Positions 51,150 to 62,780 of a stretch of 64,000 nucleotides of DNA are shown one piece after another. How positions within the stretch are numbered: position 1 is the stretch's first letter; each line of letters opens with the position of its first letter. The translations under genes were made by a program, and so were the position numbers. The stretch comes from Octopus vulgaris (taxonomy: Eukaryota), in assembly GCA_951406725.2 (NCBI GenBank), contig OX597818.1, positions 37,386,001 to 37,450,000 of the forward strand. The letters are read 5' to 3'. The notes below the pieces were generated by a model that was given only the letters and a program-made list of their open reading frames with translations, ran no database searches and had not been told where the DNA came from.

Positions 51150-51470
51150 GTCATAGAATTTCCCCCTTTAGATGATGTATGTTCATAACATGAAATACAC
51201 CGGTGCAAGGGGACTTGGATACATTGCAATGTTTTGAACTTTATTGTTGGTCTTCTTTGTCAAAACTGCCCACCGGACTGAGGAATCTAATACGGATATA
51301 GGCTTTTGTTTATGAAAATCAGCAAACAAATTATTTGCTGATGTCTGCCAAACATATAATAATTCATGAGGTGCATGCAGCACAGCTGAATTCAAACAAT
51401 AACATATTTGTTCATTCTTAATATACTCTGGCAGATTTGAACCTGAATATTTGATTGCTGCTGAGTTGAT
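51150..51470 (-). pseudogene. Possible decayed hAT transposase fragment
   Basis: LCCMHLMN (CxxHxxN) in one frame and SVRW (TRW-like) about 35 codons later in another, with stops around them. Confidence 0.3.
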
Positions 51471-51564
51471 TTTTTTTTCTTTTTGGTTTCATCAGATAAT
51501 ATCTCCTCCCTTTTGACAATGACTTTTAGATTCATTGTCTGATTCATCAGCTTAGCAGGATAGC

Positions 51565-51613
51565 TTTGACTGAGGAGACATACAATAAGGGCGAAACACT
51601 ATATTGTCTCAAA
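51565..51613 (+). ncRNA. Type I hammerhead ribozyme motif with degenerate stem II
   Basis: TTTGA-CTGAGGA-G...C-GAAAC-A-ctatat-T-GTC-TCAAA: stem I TTTGA/TCAAA, conserved core, stem III ACA/TGT, GUC cleavage triplet. Confidence 0.55.
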
Positions 51614-52148
51614 ATCCTCTTACGTCAGTGAATTGTGTGTGTACTATGAACCAACATCATTTAAAGAGGAGGTGCTTTCTGATGATGAAAATCAACAATG
51701 ATCAAATATTTATGTTCAAATATGTCAGACAGAGCTGGCCCTAGGGTTGCTGGTACCCCAAGCAAGCTGAACTTTGGCATATACAAGCTGATGGTCAAGG
51801 AAATTTCCTTGTCTTTGTCATGCTCACCCTGGCGCTCCCTAGTACATGGTGTCCTGGGTAAGTGTCTGGGTTGTCGGTACCTTGAATCGGCCCTGTTACT
51901 AGAATATATTGGGATTTGGGAATGAATAGATCTGTTTCTGTAGTAATTTAAAAATTCATCTAATAGGTGCAGATGCGGCTGTGTGGTAAGAAGTTTTCTT
52001 CTCAACCACATGGATCTAGGTAAGAAGTTTTCTTCTCAACCACATGGATCTAGCACTTTGGCAAGTATTTTCTACTGTAGCTTCAGGCCAACAAAAGCCT
52101 TGTGAGTGTATTTGGTAGATGGAAATGAAACTGAAAGAAGCCCATGGA

Positions 52149-52180
<32 letters not shown>

Positions 52181-52309
52181 TGGGGCAGCGGACTCGCGGT
52201 CGTAGGATCGTGGTTTCGATTCTCAGACCGGGTGTTGTGAGTGTTTATTGAGCGAAAACACAAATTTAATTTGTACCTTCTTAAGATCACGTTCACTAAT
52301 TCTATTTTG

Positions 52310-52470
52310 GGCGATCCTTCGGTATAGGTACTTTAAGTGGCTTTGTTTACATTTCTGAAGATAACAAACCCTTTTCTCCCACCTCTAATCCTAACCCCCC
52401 ATATATAAAAAAAAAAAACACTTTCTTGAAATGTATCCGGTACTTCCGATACCTATACCGAAGTTACGCC
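52310..52470. mobile_element. Short TIR MITE, same family as 15598 in opposite orientation
   Basis: GGCGATCCTTCGGTATAG ... CTATACCGAAGTTACGCC with a perfect TSD CTATTTTG (52302-52309 and 52471-52478). Confidence 0.85.
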
Positions 52471-52843
52471 CTATTTTGCCCCTTTAAAAGAATTATTATT
52501 AATTTCATTAAAACAATAGGAAAAATTTTGATCACCTATTTTTTAATATGAAAAGGAAAAATATAAATTTCTGTGAATTATCTACTTTGAACGAGTTTAA
52601 TTCGCTGTAGGCATAAAAACAATGAAATACATATTCTTTTATAATATAATATTCTATATTTGATTTCGAAGAAATCCATTTTTGTACTGGAAAAAAAAAA
52701 ATACTATCAACTCAAATTGCAACTAACAACCTATAAATGTAGTTAAATTAATCTTGTAAAGATGTGAAACACACAACAGTGATCTCCCCTGTCGCACGCT
52801 CTTCAAATATTCGTGGTGACTCTTTTTTCCAGCGTATTTCAAC

Positions 52844-52927
52844 ATGGATGCTCAAGAGAGAACGTTGTATGTTGGTAATTTACCAGAGAAAATTACCGAA
52901 GAATTACTTTATGAATTATTTTTACAA
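52844..52927 (+). CDS. RBM7: RNA-binding protein 7/11 family (RRM), coding exon 1
   Basis: Encodes MDAQERTLYVGNLPEKITEELLYELFLQ (RNP2 LYVGNL and the RBM7/11 TEELLYELFLQ motif). Donor CAA|GTAAGG. Too short for the ORF track. Confidence 0.88.
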
Positions 52928-53307
52928 GTAAGGCTATTTACAAAAGTCATGGTTTCGTTTAACCTTTTATTTAATATTGTTCTTGAATAGGAATATCTTC
53001 GTTTGTTCTACGTGGAATCACTTTTGGTTTTCCGTCTTGGGTCATATTTAGACTTTCATTTTCGTTTATCTTCCACGCCTAGCTTAACTGTCATTCTGAG
53101 ATAATCCTTCTGTAAGCAGTATTAAACTTTAATTGGAATGAAACAAAAGTTGGTTATGTTTCGTTTTATGTCGGTGAATATATTTATGATTATTTTTTAC
53201 TTTGAATGTTTGTACGTGTATGCATGTGGTAGACCATTATCTTCATTCTTTTTGCTACATATTAAAGAGAAACCTTCAACATACATTATTACCAAGATAA
53301 AGATATA

Positions 53308-53530
53308 TACGAGGGTGTCCTGAAAAGTTCCTGGCCTTGAATAGAAGAAAATATAGGAGTATGAGTTAATTATGGTTTTATTCAACATATTTCCCTCTTA
53401 GATTCACACACTAATTGCAGCGGTCCTTCAGTTTTTCTAAGCCCCATAAAAGAATTCCGACGGTTGGGCCTCCAACCAGGCTTTTCGCGACACCTTTAAA
53501 GCCAGGAACTTTTCAACACCCCCCTTCCTA
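53308..53530. mobile_element. Mariner-type MITE
   Basis: TACGAGGGTGTCCTGAAAAGTTCCTGGC ... GCCAGGAACTTTTCAACACCC. A second copy lies at about 47908-48130. Confidence 0.75.
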
Positions 53531-53907
53531 TTATTTAAAGAAACGATCTCCTAAATTCCATGTGTATTTATTTCAAATCGTATTTTGGAGTGCAATTGAA
53601 ATAAAATGAAAGGAAAGGAAAATTTCAAGTAATAAAATTAAAAACCGAAACAGCGAAATATATTCAGTTTTCATATATACGTAGATAGTTTTTGTAACAG
53701 CGTATGTACAAAAATCAAGTAAATTTCGTCGTTTGGATTTTGATTTTTCGTGTTACTGTAAAATGAAAGTCTGAGATTGTTAAATTTAGACTTAAATGTA
53801 AGAGAACACAACTTTAAAAAGTTTACTTGCATTCAATCAATAACCCGCTGAAACAGGAAATAAACACCAATTTTTTTTTTTTTTTTTTTTCTAGATACAG
53901 TGTATAC

Positions 53908-54248
53908 CAGTAGTTCTCAACCGGGGTCCATATGGCCACCGAAGATTGGGGAGTGGGATCGACGTAACGGAATAGTAAATTGGGTTGGGGGATCCACAAT
54001 AATATTTTAAGGGCCCCTGAAAAACTTTTGCTTTAGATGTATGTATTGCAAGAAACAACTTGGTTTCTTTCTCTAACATTTTACGTAGTTCAACTTACAC
54101 AATGTGTGAAAAAACAAAGTAGGAATTTTTTGCAAGGACTTTCTCTAAAACTAGTTTTTAAACATCGAATGACTATGGGGGGTTCACTAGACTAAAATAG
54201 TAATTAAAGGGTCCATGGGTAAAAAAAAAATGTGGTTGAGTACCACTG
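53908..54248. mobile_element. hAT-type MITE
   Basis: TIRs CAGTAGTTCTCAACC / GGTTGAGTACCACTG with a perfect 8-bp TSD GTGTATAC (53900-53907 and 54249-54256). Confidence 0.88.
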
Positions 54249-54501
54249 GTGTATACGGTATTTAATTTGTGCAGTTCATGATGGCGCGGTTATGTTGTTT
54301 ATCTATCCAGTCACACAAATATATCTAAGTAGACTCAGATATAATAAACACATGTGCATGTAGACATAAAGGTTTAAAGAGAAAATAATATAAAATGATG
54401 ACCAGCAAGTTCGTGAGGTGGCATAAAGAGATAAGGCTTAACTGTAAATTTTTTTAAAACTCATCTAAACGAGTGGCACTTTGATGTGTTACACACATGA
54501 C

Positions 54502-54898
54502 TTACTCTTTTACTCTTTTTTACTCTTTTACTTGTTTCAGTCATTTGACTGCGGACATGCTGGAGCACCACCTTCAGTCGAGCAACTCTACCCCGGAACT
54601 TATTCTTTGTAAGCCCAGTACTTATTCTATCGGTCTCTTTTGCCGAACCGCTAATTGACGGGGACATAAACACACCAGCATCGGTTGTCAAGCAATGCTA
54701 GGGTGGGGGGACAAACACAGACACACAAACACATATATACGACGGGCTTCTTTCAGTTTCCGTCTACCAAAATCCACTCACAAGGCTTTGGTCGGCCCGA
54801 GGCTATAGTAGAAGACATTTGCCCAAGGTGCCACGCAGTGGAACTGAACCCGGAACCATGTGGTTGGTTAGCAAGCTACTTACCACACAGCCACTCCT
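54502..54898 (-). mobile_element. SINE family A
   Basis: Full-length copy with a (TTTTACTC)n tail. Confidence 0.85.
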
Positions 54899-55331
54899 CA
54901 ATATTTTTAAACCAAAATTTTCATTTCCAGGACTCCATCAAAGTGAAAGTATCTATTTTGTCAGAAATAGGTATTTTTAAGGGCAAAAAGTGAAAACAGT
55001 ATGAATTTTCGTTAATACGACTGGGTCTTAGACTTTCAGTAATTATGCAAATCCATTATTAGGCAAGGCTTAACACCAGATAAGCTTGGTTATGAGCAAC
55101 GAGTGTTATGTCTTGTTTTCGCGCAATTACATAATGTTTTAACGCGATATTAGCCGAGCCTCAAATGCTGTTACTTTCATATTCGTCATGTCATATATAG
55201 GGGCCAAGTAATTCTTGAGATTGATGACTTGCACTAAAGATAGTTTTTTTGTAAAATGTTTGCAATTCCTTTTCTTGCAGCAGATTCCTTTGGTACACCT
55301 CCATCAGCATCCACTTGTACAATGCAGGTCT

Positions 55332-55835
55332 TCATCATCATCATCGTTTAACGTCCGCTTTCCATGCTAGCATGAGCTGGGCGATTTGACTGAGGTCTGG
55401 CAAACCAGATGGCTGCACCAGACTCCAATCTGATCTGGCAGAGTTTCTACAGCTGGTTGCCCTTCTTAACACCAACCACTCCGAGAGTGTAGTGGATGCT
55501 TTTACATGCCACCGGCACGAGGGCCAGTCAGGCGGTACTGGCAACGGCCATGCTCAAATGGTGTTTTTTATGTACCACTTGCACAGGAACCAGTCCAGTG
55601 GCACTGGCAATAACCTCGCTCGAATGTTTTTTCACGTGCCACCAGCACAAGTGCCAGTAAGGTGATGCAAGTAACGATCATGCTCGAATGGTGTCTTTTA
55701 CATGCCATCGGCACGGAGACCAGCTTGTTGCTCTGGCAACGATCACGTTCATATGGTACTCTTAGCGCTCCACTAGCACAGATGCCAGTCATCGAATTTG
55801 ATTTTGATTTCACTTGCCTCAACAGGTCTTCGCAC
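55332..55835 (-). mobile_element. RTE-type LINE 3' UTR fragment in the RBM7 intron
   Basis: Same (CAT)n tail and subrepeated UTR. Confidence 0.8.
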
Positions 55836-55915
55836 TAGAACAGAATCATGTCATGAAAGAGGCTTTTATTTTGCAAAAACGTTATTGTTTCATGCATTTA
55901 ATACTTCTAACTGTG

Positions 55916-56223
55916 ACAGCATGTGGCTTAGCAAGCAGTTAGGATATTTGGCTCACAATCGCACGGTCAAGAGTTCAATTCCAGGTGGTGTATTGTGCCC
56001 TTGACAAAACATTACTCTATTTCACATTGCTCCTGTTTACCCAGCTGGCAAAAATGAGTCATACCTGTATTTCAAAGGGCCAAGCCTTGTCACATTCTGT
56101 GTCACATGAAGAATGCATGTATCTGTGGAGTGTTCAGTCACTTGCACCTTAATTTCACAAGGAGGTTGTTCTGTTGTTCGGATCAACTGGATCCCTCATC
56201 ATAGTAACTGACAGAGTGTCAGT
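55916..56223 (+). mobile_element. SINE family C
   Basis: Homologous to 9431-9715. Confidence 0.7.
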
Positions 56224-56695
56224 TTTAGTTCTAACCTCATCTTATTGCTATTAAATAGAGTTATAGCTGTGCTTTGTTCATGTAAATTAGGTATTTAATT
56301 TGGTGGGTCCAGCTACCCGTTATGCTCCACCGGTTTACTTTAGGTTTTTAACCCATTGGCATTTAAACTGGCCATGTGTAGCCTCTCACACCTACCCTAC
56401 AATGTCATTCTAAAAATAAACAATCACCTCACTGAAGCCTCAAAGCTATGAGATATTCCTTTCTACTATAGACACAAGGCCACAGAAACTTTTGGGGAGG
56501 GGGCCAGTCAATTTGATCACCCCCCCCCCTAGTGTGCAACTGGTACTTAATTTATTGATCCCAAAAGGATGAAAGGCAAAGTTGACCTCGACAGAACTTG
56601 AACTCAGAACATAGCGACAGGCAAAATACTGCTAAGTGTTTCGTCCAGTATGCTAACGATTCTACCAGCTCACTGCCTTATCAAAGCTATGAGAT

Positions 56696-57020
56696 ACTCT
56701 TTTACTTGTTTCAGTCATTTGACTGCGGCCATGCTGGAACACCGCCTTTAGTTGAGCAAATTGACCCTGGGACTTATTCTTTGTAAGCATAGTACTTATT
56801 CTATCAGTCTCTTTTGCCGAACTGCTAAGTTACAGGGATGTAAACACACCAGCATATATATGATGGGCTTCTTTCAGTTTCCGTCCACCAAATCCACTCA
56901 CAAGGCTTTGCTCAGCCCGAGGCTATAGAAGACACTTGCCCAAGGTGCCATGCAGTGGGACTGAACCCGGAACCATGTGGTTGGTAAGCAAGCTACTTAC
57001 CACACAGCCACTCCTGCGCC
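56696..57020 (-). mobile_element. SINE family A (internal deletion)
   Basis: Head and tail match family A. Confidence 0.8.
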
Positions 57021-57799
57021 TATGCATAATTAATACAAAACAATATGAATAAATAAGCACTTAGCAGGGTTAATGATTTTGTTTTTGGAAAACACCCACT
57101 TTTGACAAGGTAAATACTTTCATGAGGCCCTGTTTATAAACAAATGTTCAAAATTCTTCATTATTTTGATGTAAAGAAAGACAAGTTGGTGTTCTGTATC
57201 TTCTATTGATTATTTAAGATTTTCTTATTGATCCATGAATTCTCAATATTTTGTGTGTGCAGTATCATTACAGTTGTGGATGATAAAATAAGCATTAACA
57301 GCTGTTCATTTAATTATATAAATGTGTGCGTGTGTGTGTGACTTTGTGTCTCCACCACCTTACAGCTGGTGTTGGTTTGTTTATGTCCTTGTAACTTAGT
57401 GGTTCAGCAAAGGAAACTGATAGAAGAAGTGCCAAAGTTAAAAATAAATCCGGGTTGGGGGTGGTGGTGGATCTGTTTGACTACAACCCTCCAAGTTGGT
57501 GCCCCATCATGGCTGCAGTCCAATGACTGAAACTAGTAAAAAAAGAATATTTAGAATTGGCTTGCCAAAAATACATTATTGATACTTTTGTGGAAGTTAT
57601 TGATAGATGGTTGGATGGAGCTAGCAATGACATTAACAAATCAAAAACAAAAAAATTCTCTTTACTAATGATAATGCTGGATGTGAAGACGTGTGTGTGG
57701 CCTAGTGGTGAGGGTGTTGGGATCATGATCGTAAGGTTGTGAGTTCAGTTCCTGGACAAGGTAGCGCATTATATCCTTGAGCAAAGGGTAACAAGTAGA

Positions 57800-58032
57800 A
57801 GGTGGCGAGCTGGCAGAAACGTTAGCATGCCGGGTGAAATGCTTAGTGGTATTTCGTCTGCCGCTACATTCTGAGTTCAAATTCCGCCAAGGTCGACTTT
57901 GCCTTTCATCCTTTCAGGGTCGATAAATTAAGCACCAGTTACGCACTGGGGTCGGTGTAATTGACTTAACCCCTTTGTCTGTCCTTGTTTGTCCCCTCTA
58001 TGTTTAGCCCCTTGTGGGCAATAAAGAAATAA
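57800..58032 (+). mobile_element. SINE family B
   Basis: Full-length copy. Confidence 0.8.
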
Positions 58033-58653
58033 GAATGTGATTGTCTACTTGAGATAAAGCAAGAAGCAAAAGTGTGGTTCAAGTTCCCAGGTCGCCTTAC
58101 TCCCTTGCAAGTGATGGCTAAGCAAGCTTTAGACGTCAGAAAAGTGTGATTTTTAAAATTTAGTTTAATTCTATTTTTATCGTTCAAATATTTATTCAGA
58201 AAAAATATACAGAAATTTTCCAAATTTTTTGTGGAAAAAATTGTTTCTTCTATTGCTGCAAGAAAATTTTTAAATTCTGTGGTTTGCCAAGTGATTGTCA
58301 AATGCCACTGACCAACAATTTACCATTTGCTTCATGATATTTTGTAATCAATGTATGGATTATTGCAAAATTTCAGTGATACAGTACATATTCTAGTTTG
58401 TTTTAGCTATCACAGATAAGCTACAGTCATGCTGGACTGCTACTTTCATTTACTGACTATTCTGGAATTGCATCAGTTTTTCTACCTGAAAATAGGTGTT
58501 GTAGTTGGTTGATTACTGTTAAGTAAGCATCTAATTGTAAAAATGTTTTCCAGTACAAATTTCTCTTAAAATTCAAATTCATTCAACCTATGCTAGTATA
58601 CTGAAAAAGATTTCAACAGTAAATTTTTTTTTCTCTCTTTCTATCTATTTCAG

Positions 58654-59118
58654 TCTGGTCCATTGGAGAAAGTGTTTATACCCAAGGAAAGATCATATGC
58701 TTTCGTTCAGTTTAAGCACTCAGAATCCATTCCTTACACACTTCAGATCTATGATGGGGTTTCATTACATGGTAAAGTTTTAGCTCTTCGGGCTCGTCAG
58801 CCACGCATGAACAATCAGCCAGAAGAATACCAGCCAAGAGAGACAAGTCAAGGAAGTAGTCCTTATGGCAATCATGGCAATCGATCCACAGGTGGTTATT
58901 TTCATCAGCATTCTAATTACGATAATAACAGGTACTTAAACCAAAATGCTGGTTACACACACAAACAGAACTTGCCTAACATGATGCCAGACAACAGCCG
59001 CTATGAACAAAGGCATCACAGATATGATCACATGTCTAAGGATTCTGGCAGAAACCCACGGGGATCTGGTTATAGAAATAACTCAGGTTACCGACATGAA
59101 CCTTATAAGAGATATTAA
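58654..59118 (+). CDS. RBM7: RNA-binding protein 7/11 family, coding exon 2 (terminal)
   Basis: Long pyrimidine tract and cag acceptor. Encodes SGPLEKVFIPKERSYAFVQFKHSESIPYTLQIYDGVSLHG (RNP1 and the RBM7-like FKH..S.PY), then a low-complexity tail to TAA. 182 aa in total. Confidence 0.88.
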   Translation, partial: SGPLEKVFIPKERSYAFVQFKHSESIPYTLQIYDGVSLHGKVLALRARQPRMNNQPEEYQPRETSQGSSPYGNHGNRSTGGYFHQHSNYDNNRYLNQNAGYTHKQNLPNMMPDNSRYEQRHHRYDHMSKDSGRNPRGSGYRNNSGYRHEPYKRY

Positions 59119-60337
59119 TTGAAGGAGTTTCCCCCCTTCATAAAGTTTTTTTTTTTACACTCCATAGGGTAATTCCAAGAATCCACTCCCTTTTTTTTTT
59201 TTTAAATCTGTCTCTGAAACAAAGATAGCAAGAAATTTGTTATTTTTTTTTATATATGCATATATATATACTCAACTTTGTTGAAATATTTTTATCAGTC
59301 CAAGAGTCGAAGTTTGTGTATTCACATATATGTATTGTGATTTTATTTTGTCATTTGCAATCTACTCCCTTCATGTGTGCACATGGACATGTGTGTTTAT
59401 ATATTTTAATTACTTTTAAATGTTAAGCTGTTAAAAAGAATTCCCCAAATGATTAGAATTAAGTTTTCGTTCTTAAAAGTATAAACTATTTCATTATCAT
59501 TCAATCAATAGTCCATAATATTCATTAATGGTTTCTCTGTCCATGTCGACCTTTGAATTTTTTTAGGTCAAGTATGTAACCTTAAGTGACATCTTAACTG
59601 GGAGAATATGAAAGTGATGACTGAAACTTTGTGCAGCAGAAGTACAATCCTCTCTGTCACAGATATTGCAATTCATGTGCTGCAAAATGATTGGATGACT
59701 TCTCTAACTGCAGTGAATGGTGATAACCCCTTTGCTGAATCACCTGTTGTCACATACAGTATAGTACTATCATTCTAGTTCTTGTAATTTTGTTGGTACT
59801 GTTGTGTATTAAATTCTAAGAATTTGGCTATTTTGACTTGATGTTAACTCTTTTGACATCAACCTGCCAGAGACAGCCACTGGTTCTATGATACAAATTT
59901 CCTATTTTTAAGTGATATTTAAATTAATACCTTCCATCAAAATTTCCTGTTCCAAACACAAACATGGTAATAAGGATATTTTGTTAAATTCTTAATTTAG
60001 AAATGAAACAAAGGCAGTGTATTTCTACAGAAATATGGTAACAAAAGGGTTAAAGCAGTTTCCAGTGGCGTGTAGCTGTTGCACATGCAAACACTGGCTA
60101 TTTGATGCCTCTTTTCAGATGAATGTCTAAGTCAGCTAGGAAAGAATATTTAGTGGCAGATGAAGGGTCTATGACAAAACCTCCTTCTAAAGAAATCATA
60201 TTTCCCCAACATCGATGAGCTATTATAAATAGCTAAACTTTACAATATTCGCTGTTGATCATCCTCCATGTTGAGACACAATTATCTTCATTATATCCAC
60301 AAATAAACCTTGTCAATTGCATATTGTTCTCTTATCT

Positions 60338-60628
60338 ATTTGAGCGAGGTCGTTGCCAATGCCGCTGGACTGGCTCCTGTGCATGTGGCACATAAAAAAC
60401 ACCATTTGAGCGTGGCCATTGCTAGTACTGCCTAACTGGCCTCCATGCCGGTGGCACATAAAAGCACCCACTACACTCTCAGAGTGGTTGGCGTTAGGAA
60501 GGGCATCCAGCTGTAGAAACTCTGCCAGATCAAGACTGGAGCCTGGTGCAACCATCTGGTTAGCCAGTCCTCAGTCAAATCATCCAATCCATGCTAGCAT
60601 GGAAAGTGGACGTTAAACAATGATGATC
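60338..60628 (+). mobile_element. RTE-type LINE 3' UTR fragment
   Basis: Ends CCATGCTAGCATGGAAAGTGGACGTTAAACAATGATGAT. Confidence 0.75.
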
Positions 60629-61164
60629 TATTATTTTTGTAATTCTGCAAACTGAACTTTGTTACTTGTGTATATTGACATCTAATTACACACTTTCTGT
60701 GGATATAGCATGGTTGAATGGTTAAGAAGTTTGCTTTGCAATTACGAGATCCTGGGTTCAATCAGTCCCTGGACATGTGTTTTTTGACTGTAACCTTAGA
60801 TCATCTCAAGCCTTTTGAGTGAAATCAAATAGAGAGAAACCTGTCACATTGGCTGTAGCTGTAATTTAAAGGTCCAGTACAGCCATGCCTGAGAATTCCA
60901 TGCAAAGTACATGAGTCTATGGAATGTTTAGTTACTTAGTAATTCAATAAGTCAATAGTTCAGTTGATTGAACAACTGAAATACCTGTCAGAATCAATAG
61001 AAATATAATTTTACTTTATAACCCTGTACAAACATAATTTCCCCACAGGCACACACACAGAGTAAACTTTGTCATAATTGACATTTACTTATGCATCCAT
61101 ACAATTGTTTTTGGTACTCCCACCCTTATGTGCACACCAAATTTTATTTTTCCACATCTAGTTA

Positions 61165-61676
61165 CCGTAAATCCTCGAGTATAATCAGCATTTTTTCCTC
61201 AAAATTTAACGGTCAAAATCCCTAATGCATACTATATACGAGGTTAAAAATGAAAATTATTTTCTAAGCAATGTCCGAGTCTCGATTTGTTGTCTGGCTA
61301 TGTTTATTCAGATTCATTTTGTGATGTCAGGTGTGAAAATACCTTAAGCTAAGCCTGAAAGCAATTAAGTCATAAAAGAATCATCCATAACTTGCAGTAA
61401 GTAACATTTATTAAACGTTATTACTGTTATTTCTTTATTTTCTGCAAACAAAATGCACAAAAAAGCTACACGTTTGCATTATGTTATATATACAATAATA
61501 ATAAAGGACGTTACCATATACATTTTTACAAACCAAGGACGTTATATAAACCTCCTTGACTCAAGTTAGAGAAGGGGTGCGTATTATACACAAGTTTAGG
61601 TTTTTCAGAGGTACAGCCCCCTAAAAAATCCCCTGTGTGTTATACTCAAGGGCGGACTATACTAGAGGATTTACGG
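61165..61676. mobile_element. Tc1/pogo-type MITE
   Basis: TIRs CCGTAAATCCTCGAGTATA / TATACTAGAGGATTTACGG flanked by TA. Confidence 0.85.
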
Positions 61677-62595
61677 TACTAAAAACAAAATGAATTTTTT
61701 TATTTTGTTTCGTTTCTTTTCAATACATTACCTCCATCACTTTTTTGTGTTTATCCCTCTCTCTCCTTTACATATTCTCAATACTATCTAAACTTCTCAG
61801 TTAAAAAAATTTCTGAGGTGATGAGTCACTTCTGAAATGTCAGATTCCTCCATTATTTCCTAAAAGTTTTGTGCTATGTTGAAAATGAATTAAGTACAGA
61901 TACAACATTGATTTTTCTAGAACCTTTGGTTCCAAAGCTTTTCTGGGTTACTAATTTTTCCAAACCAAGAGTCAACACACTCTAAATTAAATACTGAATT
62001 TACTAAAATAATTAAATGAAATATAGGTACTTATACATTAGTATAAGTGATACAAACTTTTTAATACTGTACTGTGTAAGGTACCAGTAAACTAGGTTGG
62101 TAGCTGTAGGAATTTGAAGTTCCTGCTTGTAAATTAGTGCAGATAAGGTTCTGGGCCAGGAGCGTCTGGAAAGTCAGTGTTATACCTGTATGTGTTTTAG
62201 TTAATCCTGATGACTTGTTCTCTGAAGTACAACTGCATTGATTGTACAATAACAGTCCTCCAGTCAGTATCCTCTATTTTGAAGGATCTCTAGTATGGGA
62301 CAAAATGCTTGTCTCTAAAACATACACAATGACGTTACATTGATTAATATCAATTTCTTATCTCGCTGCAAGGCCACACATTTTTCATGGGTTTGCCACA
62401 TGAGGCTGTCTGATGTTCATGCTTTTTTTGAGAGCATTATTGAGGCTGAAGCGTTTTAGCACAACCGTTTTGGTGAGACGTTTTAATGTTTCTCTCACTC
62501 TGTCCATATATCTCTTTATGTATGTGAACATATTCCTGTGTGCGTGTTTGTGTGAGAGGAAAGGAAAGTGTTCCGTTAATTATAATGTCTCTCTT

Positions 62596-62780
62596 GTGAA
62601 ATGCTTAGCGGTATTTCGTCTGCCATTACGTTCTGAGTTCAAATTCCGCCGAGGTCGACATTGCCTTTCATCCTTTCAGGGTCGATAAATTAAGTACCAG
62701 TTTCGCACTGGGGTCGTATAATCGACTTAATCCGTTTGTTTGTCCCCTGTGTTTAGCCCCTTGTGGGTAGTAAAGAAATA
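62596..62780 (+). mobile_element. SINE family B (5'-truncated)
   Basis: Matches family B, flanked by tataa(t/c)gtctctct repeats. Confidence 0.78.

Noticed and set aside
51183-51395. Terminal exon of a gene divergent from RBM7
   Set aside because: No partner exons found, and hAT-like CxxH and RW words split across frames suggest a decayed transposase.
51730-51895. Overlapping ORFs 51661-52011 and 51698-51925 as genes
   Set aside because: The segment is bounded by CAGAGCTGGCCCTAGG and CCTTGAATCGGCCCTG, resembling hAT MITE ends, and has no recognisable protein motif.
51985-52053. ~34-bp tandem duplication ggtaagaagttttcttctcaaccacatggatcta
   Set aside because: Ordinary slippage inside a SINE head.
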